This document shows, piece by piece, positions 63,803-64,000 of a stretch of DNA of 64,000 nucleotides. Numbering within the stretch: position 1 is the first letter of the stretch; every line of letters starts with the position of its first letter. Under the pieces are notes generated by a model that was not told the origin of the DNA, searched no databases, and worked only from the letters and a program-made list of their open reading frames with translations. The DNA comes from Candidatus Eiseniibacteriota bacterium (GTDB lineage: Bacteria > Eisenbacteria > RBG-16-71-46 > CAIMUX01 > VGJL01): the NCBI GenBank assembly GCA_963792585.1, contig CAWBWI010000003.1:512001-576000 (forward strand), read 5' to 3'. A program made the position numbers and the translations under genes.

Positions 63803-64000
63803 CGACCTGACTCCCGTTCCTCCAGCAGCGCTGCGAGCACTCTCGCGCCTTTCCCGAGAGCCGTCGGCCGGAGGATCTCGTCGGGGACCTTCCCGGAGCC
63901 AAGCGTGACGATCCCATCACGTTCAAGACCGGCAAGGCGACCATCGTCGGCACTCGGGCGACCCGAACTCGATCCGACCGGAACGATCTCGGCGACGGGA
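63799..64000 (-). CDS. Phd/YefM-type antitoxin, C-terminal part (runs off window edge)
   Basis: Manual translation PVAEIVPV...RLAGLERDGIV...VLAALLEERESGR*; stop overlaps the vapC TTG start. Confidence 0.8.
   Translation of the reverse strand, partial: PVAEIVPVGSSSGRPSADDGRLAGLERDGIVTLGSGKVPDEILRPTALGKGARVLAALLEERESGR

Noticed and set aside
87..63953. Numerous long Arg/Pro/Ala-rich overlapping ORFs (e.g. 8447-10582 minus, 26094-28067 minus, 37060-39108 plus)
   Set aside because: Shadow frames of real genes in high-GC DNA, with no recognisable motifs.

Overview
High-GC bacterial chromosomal window. The many secreted proteins with a C-terminal FlgD-Ig/T9SS-A-like tail suggest a Ca. Eisenbacteria-like or other FCB-related organism (inference). 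The left part (1-33 kb) is intact: a beta-glucan catabolic operon (split GH94 plus GH1), a Gly/Asp-repeat secreted protein, a complete kdpFABCDE locus with an extra upstream micropeptide, MarR-pirin, DUF1800/DUF1501, several CTD-tailed secreted proteins, a three-gene chaperone-usher-like operon, and an ECF sigma coupled to a kinase-ATPase-TPR protein. The right part (33-64 kb) has many single-base frameshifts, probably read errors. It holds a second kinase, a giant lipoprotein with 20 six-Cys repeats and an M66-like protease, ferritin, a porin/4HB module whose promoter matches the kdp promoter architecture, MlaEFD-DUF4403, and an Omp85-like protein. It ends in a cluster of integration scars (two comM fragments, one ending in a perfect palindrome; group II intron remnants; an IS fragment; a tRNA-Asn 3' half) plus a DUF4143 ATPase and a vapBC pair. 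No CRISPR array, rRNA or intact tRNA was seen. All family assignments are from motif recognition by eye; no database searches were run.
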